Assembly: GCA_036510575.1 (NCBI GenBank)
Contig: DATCDR010000036.1
Location: 54,161-118,160 of the forward strand
DNA: 64,000 nucleotides
Reading direction: 5' to 3'
Source of the DNA: Acidimicrobiales bacterium
GTDB taxonomy: Bacteria > Actinomycetota > Acidimicrobiia > Acidimicrobiales > Bog-793
The notes below the pieces were generated by a model. That model saw only the letters and a program-made list of their open reading frames with translations, did no database searches and had not been told where the DNA came from. The translations under genes and the position numbers were made by a program. Shown here piece after piece: positions 30,202-38,684 of the stretch (position 1 is its first letter; every line of letters starts with the position of its first letter).

Positions 30202-31677
30202 ATGACGGAGGAGCAGCGCCGATCTCCGAGGTGCGTGGAAGACCTCGACACCACTCGGCCAGTACGATTGGCTCTGATACCTGGGCCGATTGTCTGGCTC
30301 CGCACCGCATTCAAGGAGACGATCGTGGCGGGTTCGAGTGCGTACTGGTTGGAGGCCGAGGCGAACGCCGAGGTTGGGTTTCCGCCCAGCGGACGGGTCT
30401 TTCGGCGGGGTCTCGGCAAGCTCATGTGGCCGTTCCTTAGCCATCAGGTCGCCGTCAATCGGGCGCTACTTGCCGAACTGGATGTCGTTCGCCAGCGCCT
30501 CGACCAAGCCGAGCAGCGACTGGATCGAGCCGACGGCGACCTCGCGCACCACACCGAAGTCCTCGTAAGGCACGAGGAGCCACTCGACCGATACGGACTG
30601 CACCTCACCTTGCTGCAAAAAAACGTCGAAGAACTCGGGAAGACGTTCGAGTCGGTGGCGGGCGAGCTGTGGACGAGCCGTGACATAGCGAGCACCGCAC
30701 TTCAAGAGACGCGGGCGCTCGCGCCGTCGGTAGAGGAGCTGATGCTGATACCCGGTGAGCTCCGCCAGATCGAGCAGCAGGCCTTCGCTCGATTCCACGA
30801 TGCGATGTCCGCGATGCGAACCGAGTTCGGTGACGTGAGCCAGTTGATCGAGGAGCGCTTCGAGGACTTCAAACGCCTCGAGATCGGGGTGCAGGACGCA
30901 CGCGGACGGCTCGTCGCGATCGAGATGCTCTTGAGCACGATCCGTCGGGGGTTGCCATCGGAACCATCCGCGCGCGAACTACCGACGACTCCTGGCACCG
31001 CGGATCTGATGTATGTCGGGCTAGAAGAGCTGATGCGTGGTCCGAGGGAGACGATCATGGCGCGCCTGACGGGCTATCTCGATGAGATCGCTGCACAGAA
31101 GAGTCGCGGGCCGGTCCTCGACGTCGGATCAGGCCGCGGCGAATGGCTGGCGATGCTGAAGGAAGCAGGCGCCGACGCGTACGGGGTCGAGATTGAGATG
31201 GCCTACGTCACTGGGGCACGCGAGCGCGGACTCGACGTCCGACACGAGGATCTACTCCCACATATCCGGTCCCTCAAGGACGCGTCACTTCGGGCGATCA
31301 CGGCGTTTCACGTCGTGGAGCATCTCCCGACCGAGTTGTTGCTGGAGTTCTTGAACGAGTCGCTCCGCGTGCTCGAACCCAACGGCCTGCTCATCTTGGA
31401 GACGCCAAACCCGGAAAACCTGATAGTTGCGGCATGCACCTTCTACCTCGACCCGACGCACCTGCACCCGCTACCGCCCTTGCTGCTCGAGTTTTTCGTG
31501 CGCTCCCGCGGCTTCGGGGAAACGCGCATCGAGTTCAAGAACCCGGCGATCGCGGCGCAGATCGCGATGCCGTCGTCGGCGAATCCTTGGTACAAAGAAG
31601 TTGCACCGATCGTCAATACCTTGAATGAGCGCTTCTTCGGCAGTCAGGACTACGCCGTGATCGCCCGCCGCTCTTGA
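30202..31677 (+). CDS. Coiled-coil + C-terminal class I SAM methyltransferase (module A)
   Basis: 491 aa. About aa 80-250 is heptad-like and charged (NRALLAELDVVRQRLDQAEQRLDRADGDL...). Methyltransferase motif I VLDVGSGRGEW lies at about aa 305-315, followed by FHVVEHLP and LILETPNPENL...FYLDPTHLHPLP. Paralog of 50726-52114. Confidence 0.8.
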   Translation: MTEEQRRSPRCVEDLDTTRPVRLALIPGPIVWLRTAFKETIVAGSSAYWLEAEANAEVGFPPSGRVFRRGLGKLMWPFLSHQVAVNRALLAELDVVRQRLDQAEQRLDRADGDLAHHTEVLVRHEEPLDRYGLHLTLLQKNVEELGKTFESVAGELWTSRDIASTALQETRALAPSVEELMLIPGELRQIEQQAFARFHDAMSAMRTEFGDVSQLIEERFEDFKRLEIGVQDARGRLVAIEMLLSTIRRGLPSEPSARELPTTPGTADLMYVGLEELMRGPRETIMARLTGYLDEIAAQKSRGPVLDVGSGRGEWLAMLKEAGADAYGVEIEMAYVTGARERGLDVRHEDLLPHIRSLKDASLRAITAFHVVEHLPTELLLEFLNESLRVLEPNGLLILETPNPENLIVAACTFYLDPTHLHPLPPLLLEFFVRSRGFGETRIEFKNPAIAAQIAMPSSANPWYKEVAPIVNTLNERFFGSQDYAVIARRS

Positions 31678-32906
31678 TCGGCACCTCCTCCGAGGGCGGT
31701 CGCGCACACGATGAGCTTTCAGCTGCACCGGCTGACCTCACGACCACTGGACTCGGTGTAAATGCGATCGCCAGCTTGTCGTCAACCACTGGGCTCTCCG
31801 AGGCAGCTCGACGTACGATCAGCGCCCTTCTTGCCGCAGGAATCAAGGTCTCGCTCGAGGACTATGACTACGGTGCCCCGCGAGAAGCTAATCGCTTCCC
31901 GCCCTCGTTCTCCTTCTTGCCGACGGGTCGCCCCTTCGACATCGACCTTTGCTTTCTCAATATCAACGAGATCGCGCTCGTTCCCGAAAAGTACCTGCGG
32001 GCTACCCGCCCCCGATACGTGATCGGGTCGTGGTTCTGGGAGCTCCCGGCCGTCCCCGGCCGTTTCCAATCTCAGATCCGTCGAGTCGACGAGATCTGGA
32101 CGGCTTCGCGATTCGTTCGAGACGTGTTCCAGCACTACACGGACCGCCCGGTGCGTGTGCTTCCGTGCGTCGTCGAGCCGTCACTCGACGCCTCGCGGAC
32201 ACGCCGGGACTTCGGCATTCCCGCCGGTGCCGTGGTCTGCCTGTTCAGCTTCGACGCGAACTCGACACTCGCAAGAAAAAATCCAAGGGCGGTGATCGAG
32301 GCCTTCCGCCGGGCGGTGCCTCGAGCAGCTCGCGGCGATTCAGCAATCCTCGTCATGAAATCCATCAACCTGCACAATTACCCAGAAGCTCGGCACTTCC
32401 TCGAACACGACTTGGCGTCGGTAGGCGGCGTGTTCATCGATGACGACCTCACACCCGGGGAGATGGGCGCACTCGTCGCGATGAGTGACATCTACGTCTC
32501 CCTCCACAGATCGGAGGGATTCGGTCTAGGCATGGCAGAGGCGATGTACTTCGGGAAAGCCGTCATCGGCACCGCATACTCGGGAAATACGGACTTCATG
32601 TCGGCGGCGAATAGCTGCCCCATCGGCTATCGGCTTGTCGAGGTGAGTCCCGCTGAGCTCCGTCTCAATCCCGGCGCCGAAAACGTCTACGAATATGGAC
32701 AGCTATGGGCAGAGCCAGACATCGACGAAGCATCAACGCGACTGCGATTTCTCATCGCCAATCCTGAGGCTCGGAAGAGAATCGGAGCGCGCGCGAGACG
32801 AACGATCGTGGAGCGCTACGGGGCGAGCACGGTCGGACGAACGATGAGCGAAGTGCTGCGCGAAGGGAACATCCTCCGGCTGCCAGAAGTCTCAGCCGCC
32901 ACTTGA
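31674..32906 (+). CDS. GT4-like glycosyltransferase (module A)
   Basis: 410 aa. GVNAIASLSSTTGLSEAARR..., IGSWFWELPAVPGRF, HRSEGFGLGMAEAMYFGKAVIGTAYSGN. Colinear with the C-terminal half of 48255-50612. Its TTG start overlaps the upstream stop. Confidence 0.8.
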   Translation: MIGTSSEGGRAHDELSAAPADLTTTGLGVNAIASLSSTTGLSEAARRTISALLAAGIKVSLEDYDYGAPREANRFPPSFSFLPTGRPFDIDLCFLNINEIALVPEKYLRATRPRYVIGSWFWELPAVPGRFQSQIRRVDEIWTASRFVRDVFQHYTDRPVRVLPCVVEPSLDASRTRRDFGIPAGAVVCLFSFDANSTLARKNPRAVIEAFRRAVPRAARGDSAILVMKSINLHNYPEARHFLEHDLASVGGVFIDDDLTPGEMGALVAMSDIYVSLHRSEGFGLGMAEAMYFGKAVIGTAYSGNTDFMSAANSCPIGYRLVEVSPAELRLNPGAENVYEYGQLWAEPDIDEASTRLRFLIANPEARKRIGARARRTIVERYGASTVGRTMSEVLREGNILRLPEVSAAT

Positions 32907-33124
32907 CGCGCGCACGACCAAGAAGTCCGTTAGCCGCCCATGCCGACCGGTGATTCGGCCTGCGATAGCACGCTCGTGGGACGCTTTGAGACTTCGCCCA
33001 TCCGGCACAGATGCTCGAGGTTGCGACGCCGGCAACGACGTCGGAATGACGACTGAGGACCGCGAACTTGACCAACCGGGGTCCGCGGCCGTCGCAGCTG
33101 GCCACGATTCTGAGCCTGGCACTA

Positions 33125-34018
33125 CTAGGCCAAAGGGACTTTGGCCGAGAAGACGAGATTCGCACCCGTGCCGTCATCTGCGGAGCCGACGATTCTCTCA
33201 GGTTCAAAGCCAACCTCGCGTAGGAGCTGTTGCACGTCACCTCCGAACTCGGTGTAGGCGAGCAGGTCGCCCCCGGCGGGCATGTAGCGAAACGGGCCGG
33301 CACCCCGCCCGTGATAGAGCGGAGCGACCTTATGGTCGACGGACCCGTCAGCGTTGATTTCCGCACGCGCGAATGTCATCGGACGGGAAGCGACGACCGG
33401 GATCGTGAAGATATGCCGACCGCCAGGCCGCAGGACCCGATAGGTCTCCCGGAGAGCTCGGCGGAAATCAGGGATGTGCTCGAGCGTGTCTGAGGAGAGG
33501 ACGATGTCGAACGAGTCGTCGACGTAGGTCAGCCGGCATATGTCCTCGTTCCTCGCGCCACCGACAACCTCCCCAAGCCGATCGCTTCCCCGGTACTCCG
33601 AGAATGAAAGATTGGGGAGCCGGTCGAGGAACCTTTGAAACGCGCCGACCGAGCCGATCGCGTTGATCTCAGCCACCGCGAGCGACCGGAATGCGGGCTC
33701 TTCGACGAGCTCGGAGACCGAGGCCGCCTTGTCGCCGTAAAGGCTGAGGAGAGCGTCCCCGATCCCCCGCACGCGAAGGCTCGAGTTGCAGGCCCGGCAG
33801 AAGAGGCTCTCCCTCCGTTGGTATCCGAAAAGTACGGCCGGGTCCTCGACATCGGCGAACTGCTCCGCCGGAATCACCCACGAGTTGAAGGTGAACGTCT
33901 CGGTCCCCCCGCACACCGAGCATCGCCCACGTTCGTCGTGCCGACGGTCACTCCGCCGACGGACCCGACGGAGGACCGCTGGTCCGAACCGCTCCTTCAC
34001 CCCGACGAGGAGTTTCAA
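33125..34018 (-). CDS. Zinc-ribbon + SAM-dependent methyltransferase
   Basis: 297 aa. CSVCGG...CRACN Cys4 element, then FDIVLSSDTLEHIPD...LRPGGRHIFTIP. Confidence 0.75.
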   Translation of the reverse strand: MKLLVGVKERFGPAVLRRVRRRSDRRHDERGRCSVCGGTETFTFNSWVIPAEQFADVEDPAVLFGYQRRESLFCRACNSSLRVRGIGDALLSLYGDKAASVSELVEEPAFRSLAVAEINAIGSVGAFQRFLDRLPNLSFSEYRGSDRLGEVVGGARNEDICRLTYVDDSFDIVLSSDTLEHIPDFRRALRETYRVLRPGGRHIFTIPVVASRPMTFARAEINADGSVDHKVAPLYHGRGAGPFRYMPAGGDLLAYTEFGGDVQQLLREVGFEPERIVGSADDGTGANLVFSAKVPLA

Positions 34019-34069
34019 GGTCGTCCGCTTTTCGGCGCTCTACCGGTTCGCTCCATATCGACTAGGAGC

Positions 34070-34864
34070 CTAATTGCCGGACTCCCGGCTCCTCAGGAAG
34101 AACGCAGAAGTCGCCTCGGGCACCCACCCGATTTCGAAGAGCGCGGAGGGATCCGCTCGATCGTGCAGCTGCGGCACGGACGGGCCGCGATCGGGCGCGG
34201 CCGTAGATTCGACGCCGAGGGCCGAGACCAGCTCCTCGACAGTGCGGAGCTCCCCTGAGCCGATCTGGACGACACCGCGGATTCCGTGCCGGACGACCGA
34301 CACAATCGCACGCGCGACATCGACTGCGAGGATGAAGTCGTGCTCACTTCCGGGGGAGCGCAGCTCGATCGGCTCGCCCCTTCCGCGTGCGGCGATCGCC
34401 TCGGCAACGAGCGCAGGTCGGCCGATCTCGGCGTCGAAGACGTAGTACGGGCGGAGCCAGGTGATCTCCCCCGAGTCGATCGCGGACTGGAGTGCCAGAC
34501 GGATACTGATCTTCGACGACGTGTACGCATCGAAGGACTCCCCACCCTCATCGAGCGACGTCCCCGTCCCGATGAACCACGCGCCGGACGCCCTGCATGC
34601 TTGCGCGAGCTCGATCGAGGCGGCCACCCAGCGGTCGTTGTCCGGAGACGACCGGTACCCTGCAGTGCCGCTCGCCGACCACGCGAGATGGACTACGACG
34701 GTCGGGGCGTGCGCTTGGATCAGCGCGCTCGGCACCCCAGCGGACAAGAGATCATCAACCCCTCGGTCGACAAGCACCAGCCGGGCCTCGGGAAGGTCCC
34801 ACTGTTCGAGCACGTACCGCCCAATCAGCCCGGACGACCCCGTGATCAGAACGCTTGCGGCCAC
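34070..34864 (-). CDS. NAD(P)-dependent short-chain sugar reductase/epimerase (RmlD-like, candidate 4-ketoreductase)
   Basis: 264 aa, GTG start. VLITGSSGLIGRYV Rossmann motif and YTSSK (YxxxK) catalytic motif. Confidence 0.7.
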   Translation of the reverse strand: MAASVLITGSSGLIGRYVLEQWDLPEARLVLVDRGVDDLLSAGVPSALIQAHAPTVVVHLAWSASGTAGYRSSPDNDRWVAASIELAQACRASGAWFIGTGTSLDEGGESFDAYTSSKISIRLALQSAIDSGEITWLRPYYVFDAEIGRPALVAEAIAARGRGEPIELRSPGSEHDFILAVDVARAIVSVVRHGIRGVVQIGSGELRTVEELVSALGVESTAAPDRGPSVPQLHDRADPSALFEIGWVPEATSAFFLRSRESGN

Positions 34865-34925
34865 GGTGGCGCCCCACGATCGGTGAGGTGGGTCAGGTAT
34901 TCGGCAGAGCTCACACCGCTCCCCT

Positions 34926-35240
34926 TTACGATTGCCCTGTGTGACCGGTGAGAAGGACTCGCCGCCCCTCCCAGAAAGCCGGATCGGGCGGGTTCGTTCT
35001 GCTCACGCTCACTCCGTAACCCAAGGCGCCTTCGCGCTCAACCACAGGCGGTAGAAACCGGAGCAGACCATGAACTCGGTAAAGCCGTGCGCAGCGTAAA
35101 ATTATGCGGCAAAGCATCGGCTTCGCGCCGGCCTCGACCATCGGCTTAGAACGAACCGCGGTCTCTTCGGAGAGCCGGCTCCCGAGACAGTCGGCAAGAA
35201 TCACGATCTTCATCCCACCGAGCTCTCCCTGCGTGGACAC
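34926..35240 (-). pseudogene. Frameshifted, internally deleted relic: 5' part of rfbF fused to a short 5' fragment of rfbG
   Basis: MKIVILADCLGSRLSEETAVRSKPMVEAGAKPML aligns with intact RfbF [34 protein letters not shown]. The homology continues in another frame (YAAHGFTEFMVCSGFY versus YAAHGFTDFLVCCGYK) after an in-frame TAA. The end, PDPAFWEGRRVLLTGHTG then stop, matches intact RfbG PDPTFWRGRRVLLTGHTGFKG. Confidence 0.8.
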
Positions 35241-35618
35241 CAGCTCTCGAAACGCTGACTATAACCAAGGGTCATCGGTACGACCGGGAAATCGAGCAGG
35301 CGAAGGGAACCGGAGTACTAGGTGCATCTTTGTGTCGCCGAAGGGAGTAGATAGTCGAGATTTGTGGATGAGCCCGACCCGCTGATCTAACCGCAACCAC
35401 CTCTTCTTGCAGCGAGCTCTATCGGCCAACACCCCTTTCGAGCGCCACACCCAGGCGCAGGAGACCGACGAGCTTCGGACCGTTGAGCGCGCGCCCTCGG
35501 TCGTCGGGGGACTCGAGAAGCTCGAGCGCCATCTCGAGCCCGGCAGGCAAGTCATCGCTCTTAGGGGGCGCCGTCTATGGTTTAAGTGTGAGTCGGTTCG
35601 CACGCTCCTCTGGGAGAC

Positions 35619-36584
35619 ATGGTGGACGCTGAGCCTCTGGTGTCGGTGATCGTGCCCGTCCTCAATGGCGAACGGCACATCGGCGCGTGCATCTCTTCGA
35701 TCCTCGATCAGAGCTACACAAACCTCGAACTCGTGATCGCGAACAACGCATCCACCGACCGCACCGCAGAGATCATCGCTTCCTTCGACGACGCGAGGAT
35801 TCGGGTGCTCCCGGACATCACAGAGCGCTTCGACATCCACTCCAACTGGACGCGCGCCGTCGGCTCGGCCCGCGGAGAGTTCGTCAAGATCGTCTGTCAC
35901 GACGACCTCCTGCTTCCCGAGTGCCTCACGATCCAGGTCGGCCTCCTCCGGGACCACCCAACCGCTGCACTGGTCGCGGGCCGGCGGAAGATTATCAACG
36001 ACCAGGACAAGGTCGTCATTCCCTCGAGAGGCCTAGGCAACCTGCTCAAAAACGAGAACCCGCGAGTGATCGCAGGGGATCTCCTTGCACGAGAGTGCAC
36101 GAGGGCGGGTACCAATCTTCTCGGGGAGCCCGCGAACGTGCTCATCCGGACCGCTTCGCTCCCGACGCCGCTCTTCGATCCGCGGTGGAAGTACGGCCTC
36201 GACATCGAGTTCTACGTGAGGTGCCTGACGGACCGCGATGCGGTCGTCGACAGTCACACATTGTGCTCCTTCCGGGTGAGCCCGACGCAGATGAGCGCCT
36301 CGCTCGCATCGGACCAGGCAAAGGAGCTCCGACTGCTATTCGAGGAAATCGAGCGACGACACCCAGATGTCGTGTCCCACAGCGACGTCCGCATCGGTGC
36401 CGCTCGAGCCCGCCTGCTCTCTCAGGCGCGGCGCCTCGTCTACCAGCAGATGCGACTTCAGGCGTACCTCAAGAAGCGCTTCGGACGGACCGAGTGCGTC
36501 GGCGCCCGTTCGACCGCGCACGACGCACCGGAGGTCGCGCCAGACTTGATACGCGGCGCAGCAACACCCAATTCTTCAGAGTGA
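35619..36584 (+). CDS. GT2-family glycosyltransferase
   Basis: 321 aa, ATG start. VSVIVPVLNGERHIGACISSILDQSYTNLELVIANNASTDRT...IVCHDDLL. Confidence 0.85.
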   Translation: MVDAEPLVSVIVPVLNGERHIGACISSILDQSYTNLELVIANNASTDRTAEIIASFDDARIRVLPDITERFDIHSNWTRAVGSARGEFVKIVCHDDLLLPECLTIQVGLLRDHPTAALVAGRRKIINDQDKVVIPSRGLGNLLKNENPRVIAGDLLARECTRAGTNLLGEPANVLIRTASLPTPLFDPRWKYGLDIEFYVRCLTDRDAVVDSHTLCSFRVSPTQMSASLASDQAKELRLLFEEIERRHPDVVSHSDVRIGAARARLLSQARRLVYQQMRLQAYLKKRFGRTECVGARSTAHDAPEVAPDLIRGAATPNSSE

Positions 36585-36594
36585 CACCGTCCTT

Positions 36595-36806
36595 GTGATC
36601 TACTACGGCGTCTTGTTCAGCCTTCTCACGTCGGCGCGCTTCAACCTAAACAACCCCTGGAGAAGCAGGCGGTCGATCAGGTGGCCGCGATCTCGGCTCG
36701 CCAGGCTGGTCGCACGTTAGGAGTTCTGTTGCGGTCCCCCTTCGTTGCAGGTGTTTTTCGCGTAACTACGTTGTGTCCGGACCGGTCACACGAACACGTC
36801 GAGTAG
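36595..36806 (+). pseudogene. Frameshifted N-terminal relic of the DMT/NIPA-like membrane protein gene
   Basis: VIYYGVLFSLLTSARFNLNN, then after a +1 shift near 36655, LEKQAVDQVAAISARQAGRTLGVLLRSPF. This aligns with the intact 40805-41779 product VIYGIVLSFAASVCFNLNNLMEKRAVDQMARLSVRRTRHMVVTLLRSPL. It terminates at the TAG at 36804-36806. Confidence 0.75.
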
Positions 36807-36903
36807 CACTCGGTCGCCACGGAGCTCGCAAGATGGGCGGCGAGCCAGACTAGGAGGGGTTTCCTCGAGGGTGCATCCCGGCAGGTTGGCGACGACGATC
36901 GTC

Positions 36904-37437
36904 TCAATGCGGTGGCCAGCTCGGCGCTCCCCGATCACGCTCCGAGATAACCGTCACCTCTAGCGGCCATTCGATTCCGACGGTGGGATCGTCCCAACGA
37001 AGCGACCGGGCGCTTTTTGCGACGTACGGCACGCTGATGAGGTACGTCATCATGCTCGCGTCCCGAAGAGTCTGGTAGCCGTGAGCGACGCCTCGTGGGA
37101 CATGTAGGGCGACTGGCTCACTCGCTAACAGGCGAACTCCAAGCCACTTGCCGTACGTCGGCTCACCTGGACGAAGGTCGACGAGAACATCGAACACCGC
37201 TCCGGCGTGGCACCAAAGCGTCTTCGCCTCGGCGTTCGGTTCGACTTGATAGTGCATACCCCGCACGGTGCCGGACCGGTCGTTCGTCACTATCGAGACC
37301 TGACACACTTCGGCCTCGACGCCGAAGGAACGCAGGAGGTCGAAATCCACCACGCGCCGAAAATCTCCCCGCTCGTCGCTGTGGAATTCAGTAGTTATGA
37401 GATAGACGCCGCGAAAGTCGAGCGCCTCCGCGTTCAC
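36904..37437 (-). CDS. NDP-4-dehydro-6-deoxyhexose 3,5-epimerase-like cupin (RmlC family)
   Basis: 177 aa. DERGDFRR...VRGMHYQ...KTLWCHAGAVFDVLVDLRPGEPTYGKW...HVPRGVAHGYQTL...WDDPTVGIEWP. Confidence 0.85.
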   Translation of the reverse strand: MNAEALDFRGVYLITTEFHSDERGDFRRVVDFDLLRSFGVEAEVCQVSIVTNDRSGTVRGMHYQVEPNAEAKTLWCHAGAVFDVLVDLRPGEPTYGKWLGVRLLASEPVALHVPRGVAHGYQTLRDASMMTYLISVPYVAKSARSLRWDDPTVGIEWPLEVTVISERDRGAPSWPPH

Positions 37438-38684
37438 GGCCCACCAATAACGGTCATCGCTGGGACAGCGAGCCAGCTGCGAGCGTCGGGCGTCAAGCGT
37501 TCAATGATCGCCGCGATCTCTGGTGCAATGTTCCAAGGCAGGACCAGGACGTCGCTTGGATCCGCGCCGGCGAGCTCGTCGGGAGGTACGACGCGGATGT
37601 GGCTTCCGGGAAGATACTTCCCCTGCTTCTCGATGCTTCCATCGGCGCAGAGGAGCACCTGGTCAGCAGTGACTCCAGCGGCATTGAGCAGCGTGTTCCC
37701 CTTCGCGGCGGCGCCGTAGGCCGCGACTCGGTCTCCTGCTGCTGAGCGCTCGAGCAACCAGGTTGCCAATCCTTCCACTGTGGAATGGCTTCGCTTTGCG
37801 AAATCGGTCCACAAGTCGGGCGACAAGAGCCCCGCCGTCGCTTCGTGGGCTATGGCGCGCGCGACGGAACCGTCGTCATGACCCTTTCCTTTCGGAATGA
37901 TCCAGTAGCGGTAGGAGCCGCCGTGGGTGGGGAGCTCCTCCACTCGGACGAGCTCGAGTCCGAGTGGGGCGACGGCTCGCCGTACCGCGTGCGCCGAAAG
38001 GTACGAGAAGTGCTCATGGTAGATCGTGTCGAATTGGGTCTTCTGGAGCAGGTTGAGGAACGACGGGTTTTCCACCGTGATGAGTGTCTCTGGGCCGGCG
38101 AGCGCGGCGAGCCCTGCAATGAAATCGTGCAGGTCTGGAACATGGGCCATCACGTTGTTTGCCGCGATGAGTTTCGGATGGCCGACTTCGGAGGCGATCT
38201 CGGCCCCGACATCTGCTCCGAGAAAGACCGACCTCGTGTCAATGCCGTCGGCTCGCGCGATTTCGGCGACATTGTCCGCCGGCTCGATACCAAGGGTCCG
38301 GACCCCCAGTTGCTGGAAGCAGCGAAGGAGATAACCGTCGTTGCTCGCGACCTCGACCACGAACGAGGAGTCGTCGAGCCCGAGCTCGCCGGTCATCCGC
38401 TCGGCGAACGACTGTGCATGGGCGACCCACGAGGTGGAGACCGACGATAGGTAGGGGTAATCGTTCTGAAAAATGCGTTCCGGCAGGACGAATTCGCCGA
38501 TCTGACCCAGTCCACACTCCGAACACACTGAGAGATGAAGGGGGAAGCACTCCTCTGGGGCATCGGCTGACAGCAGAAACTCGTTCGAGATCGGTTGCTC
38601 GCCGAGGTCGAGCACTGAGGTCAACGACTCCGACCCACATCCTCTGCAAACCCGGATTCCTCGATTCGTCAACGATTCACGCAT
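37434..38684 (-). CDS. NDP-hexose C-methyltransferase (TylCIII-like: zinc-binding N-domain + SAM MTase + C-methyltransferase C-domain)
   Basis: From ATG at 38684 (MRESLTNRGIRVCRGCGSESLTSVLDLGEQPISNEF...LSVCSECGLGQI...DYPYLSSVSTSWVAHAQSF...VVEVASNDGYLL). It overlaps the rfbG stop by 8 nt and the downstream epimerase start by 4 nt. Confidence 0.8.
   Translation of the reverse strand: MRESLTNRGIRVCRGCGSESLTSVLDLGEQPISNEFLLSADAPEECFPLHLSVCSECGLGQIGEFVLPERIFQNDYPYLSSVSTSWVAHAQSFAERMTGELGLDDSSFVVEVASNDGYLLRCFQQLGVRTLGIEPADNVAEIARADGIDTRSVFLGADVGAEIASEVGHPKLIAANNVMAHVPDLHDFIAGLAALAGPETLITVENPSFLNLLQKTQFDTIYHEHFSYLSAHAVRRAVAPLGLELVRVEELPTHGGSYRYWIIPKGKGHDDGSVARAIAHEATAGLLSPDLWTDFAKRSHSTVEGLATWLLERSAAGDRVAAYGAAAKGNTLLNAAGVTADQVLLCADGSIEKQGKYLPGSHIRVVPPDELAGADPSDVLVLPWNIAPEIAAIIERLTPDARSWLAVPAMTVIGGP

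Noticed and set aside
33128-33146. Perfect 8-bp hairpin GGCCAAAG-GGA-CTTTGGCC
   Set aside because: It lies within the last codons of the 33125-34018 gene, has no U-tract, and sits about 220 nt from the end of the convergent gene. This is not enough to call a terminator.
35259-35957. 232-aa minus-strand ORF
   Set aside because: Its 3' two-thirds run antisense to the well-supported GT2 gene (35619-36584). It has a junk-like Arg/Asp-rich sequence and no recognisable motifs.
37120-37129. Third copy of ACTCGCTAAC inside the RmlC-like gene, as a possible regulatory site
   Set aside because: A single extra 10-mer match in 128 kb of two-strand sequence has roughly a one-in-eight chance expectation. 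It lies within coding sequence, so it is noted only as context for the intergenic direct repeat.
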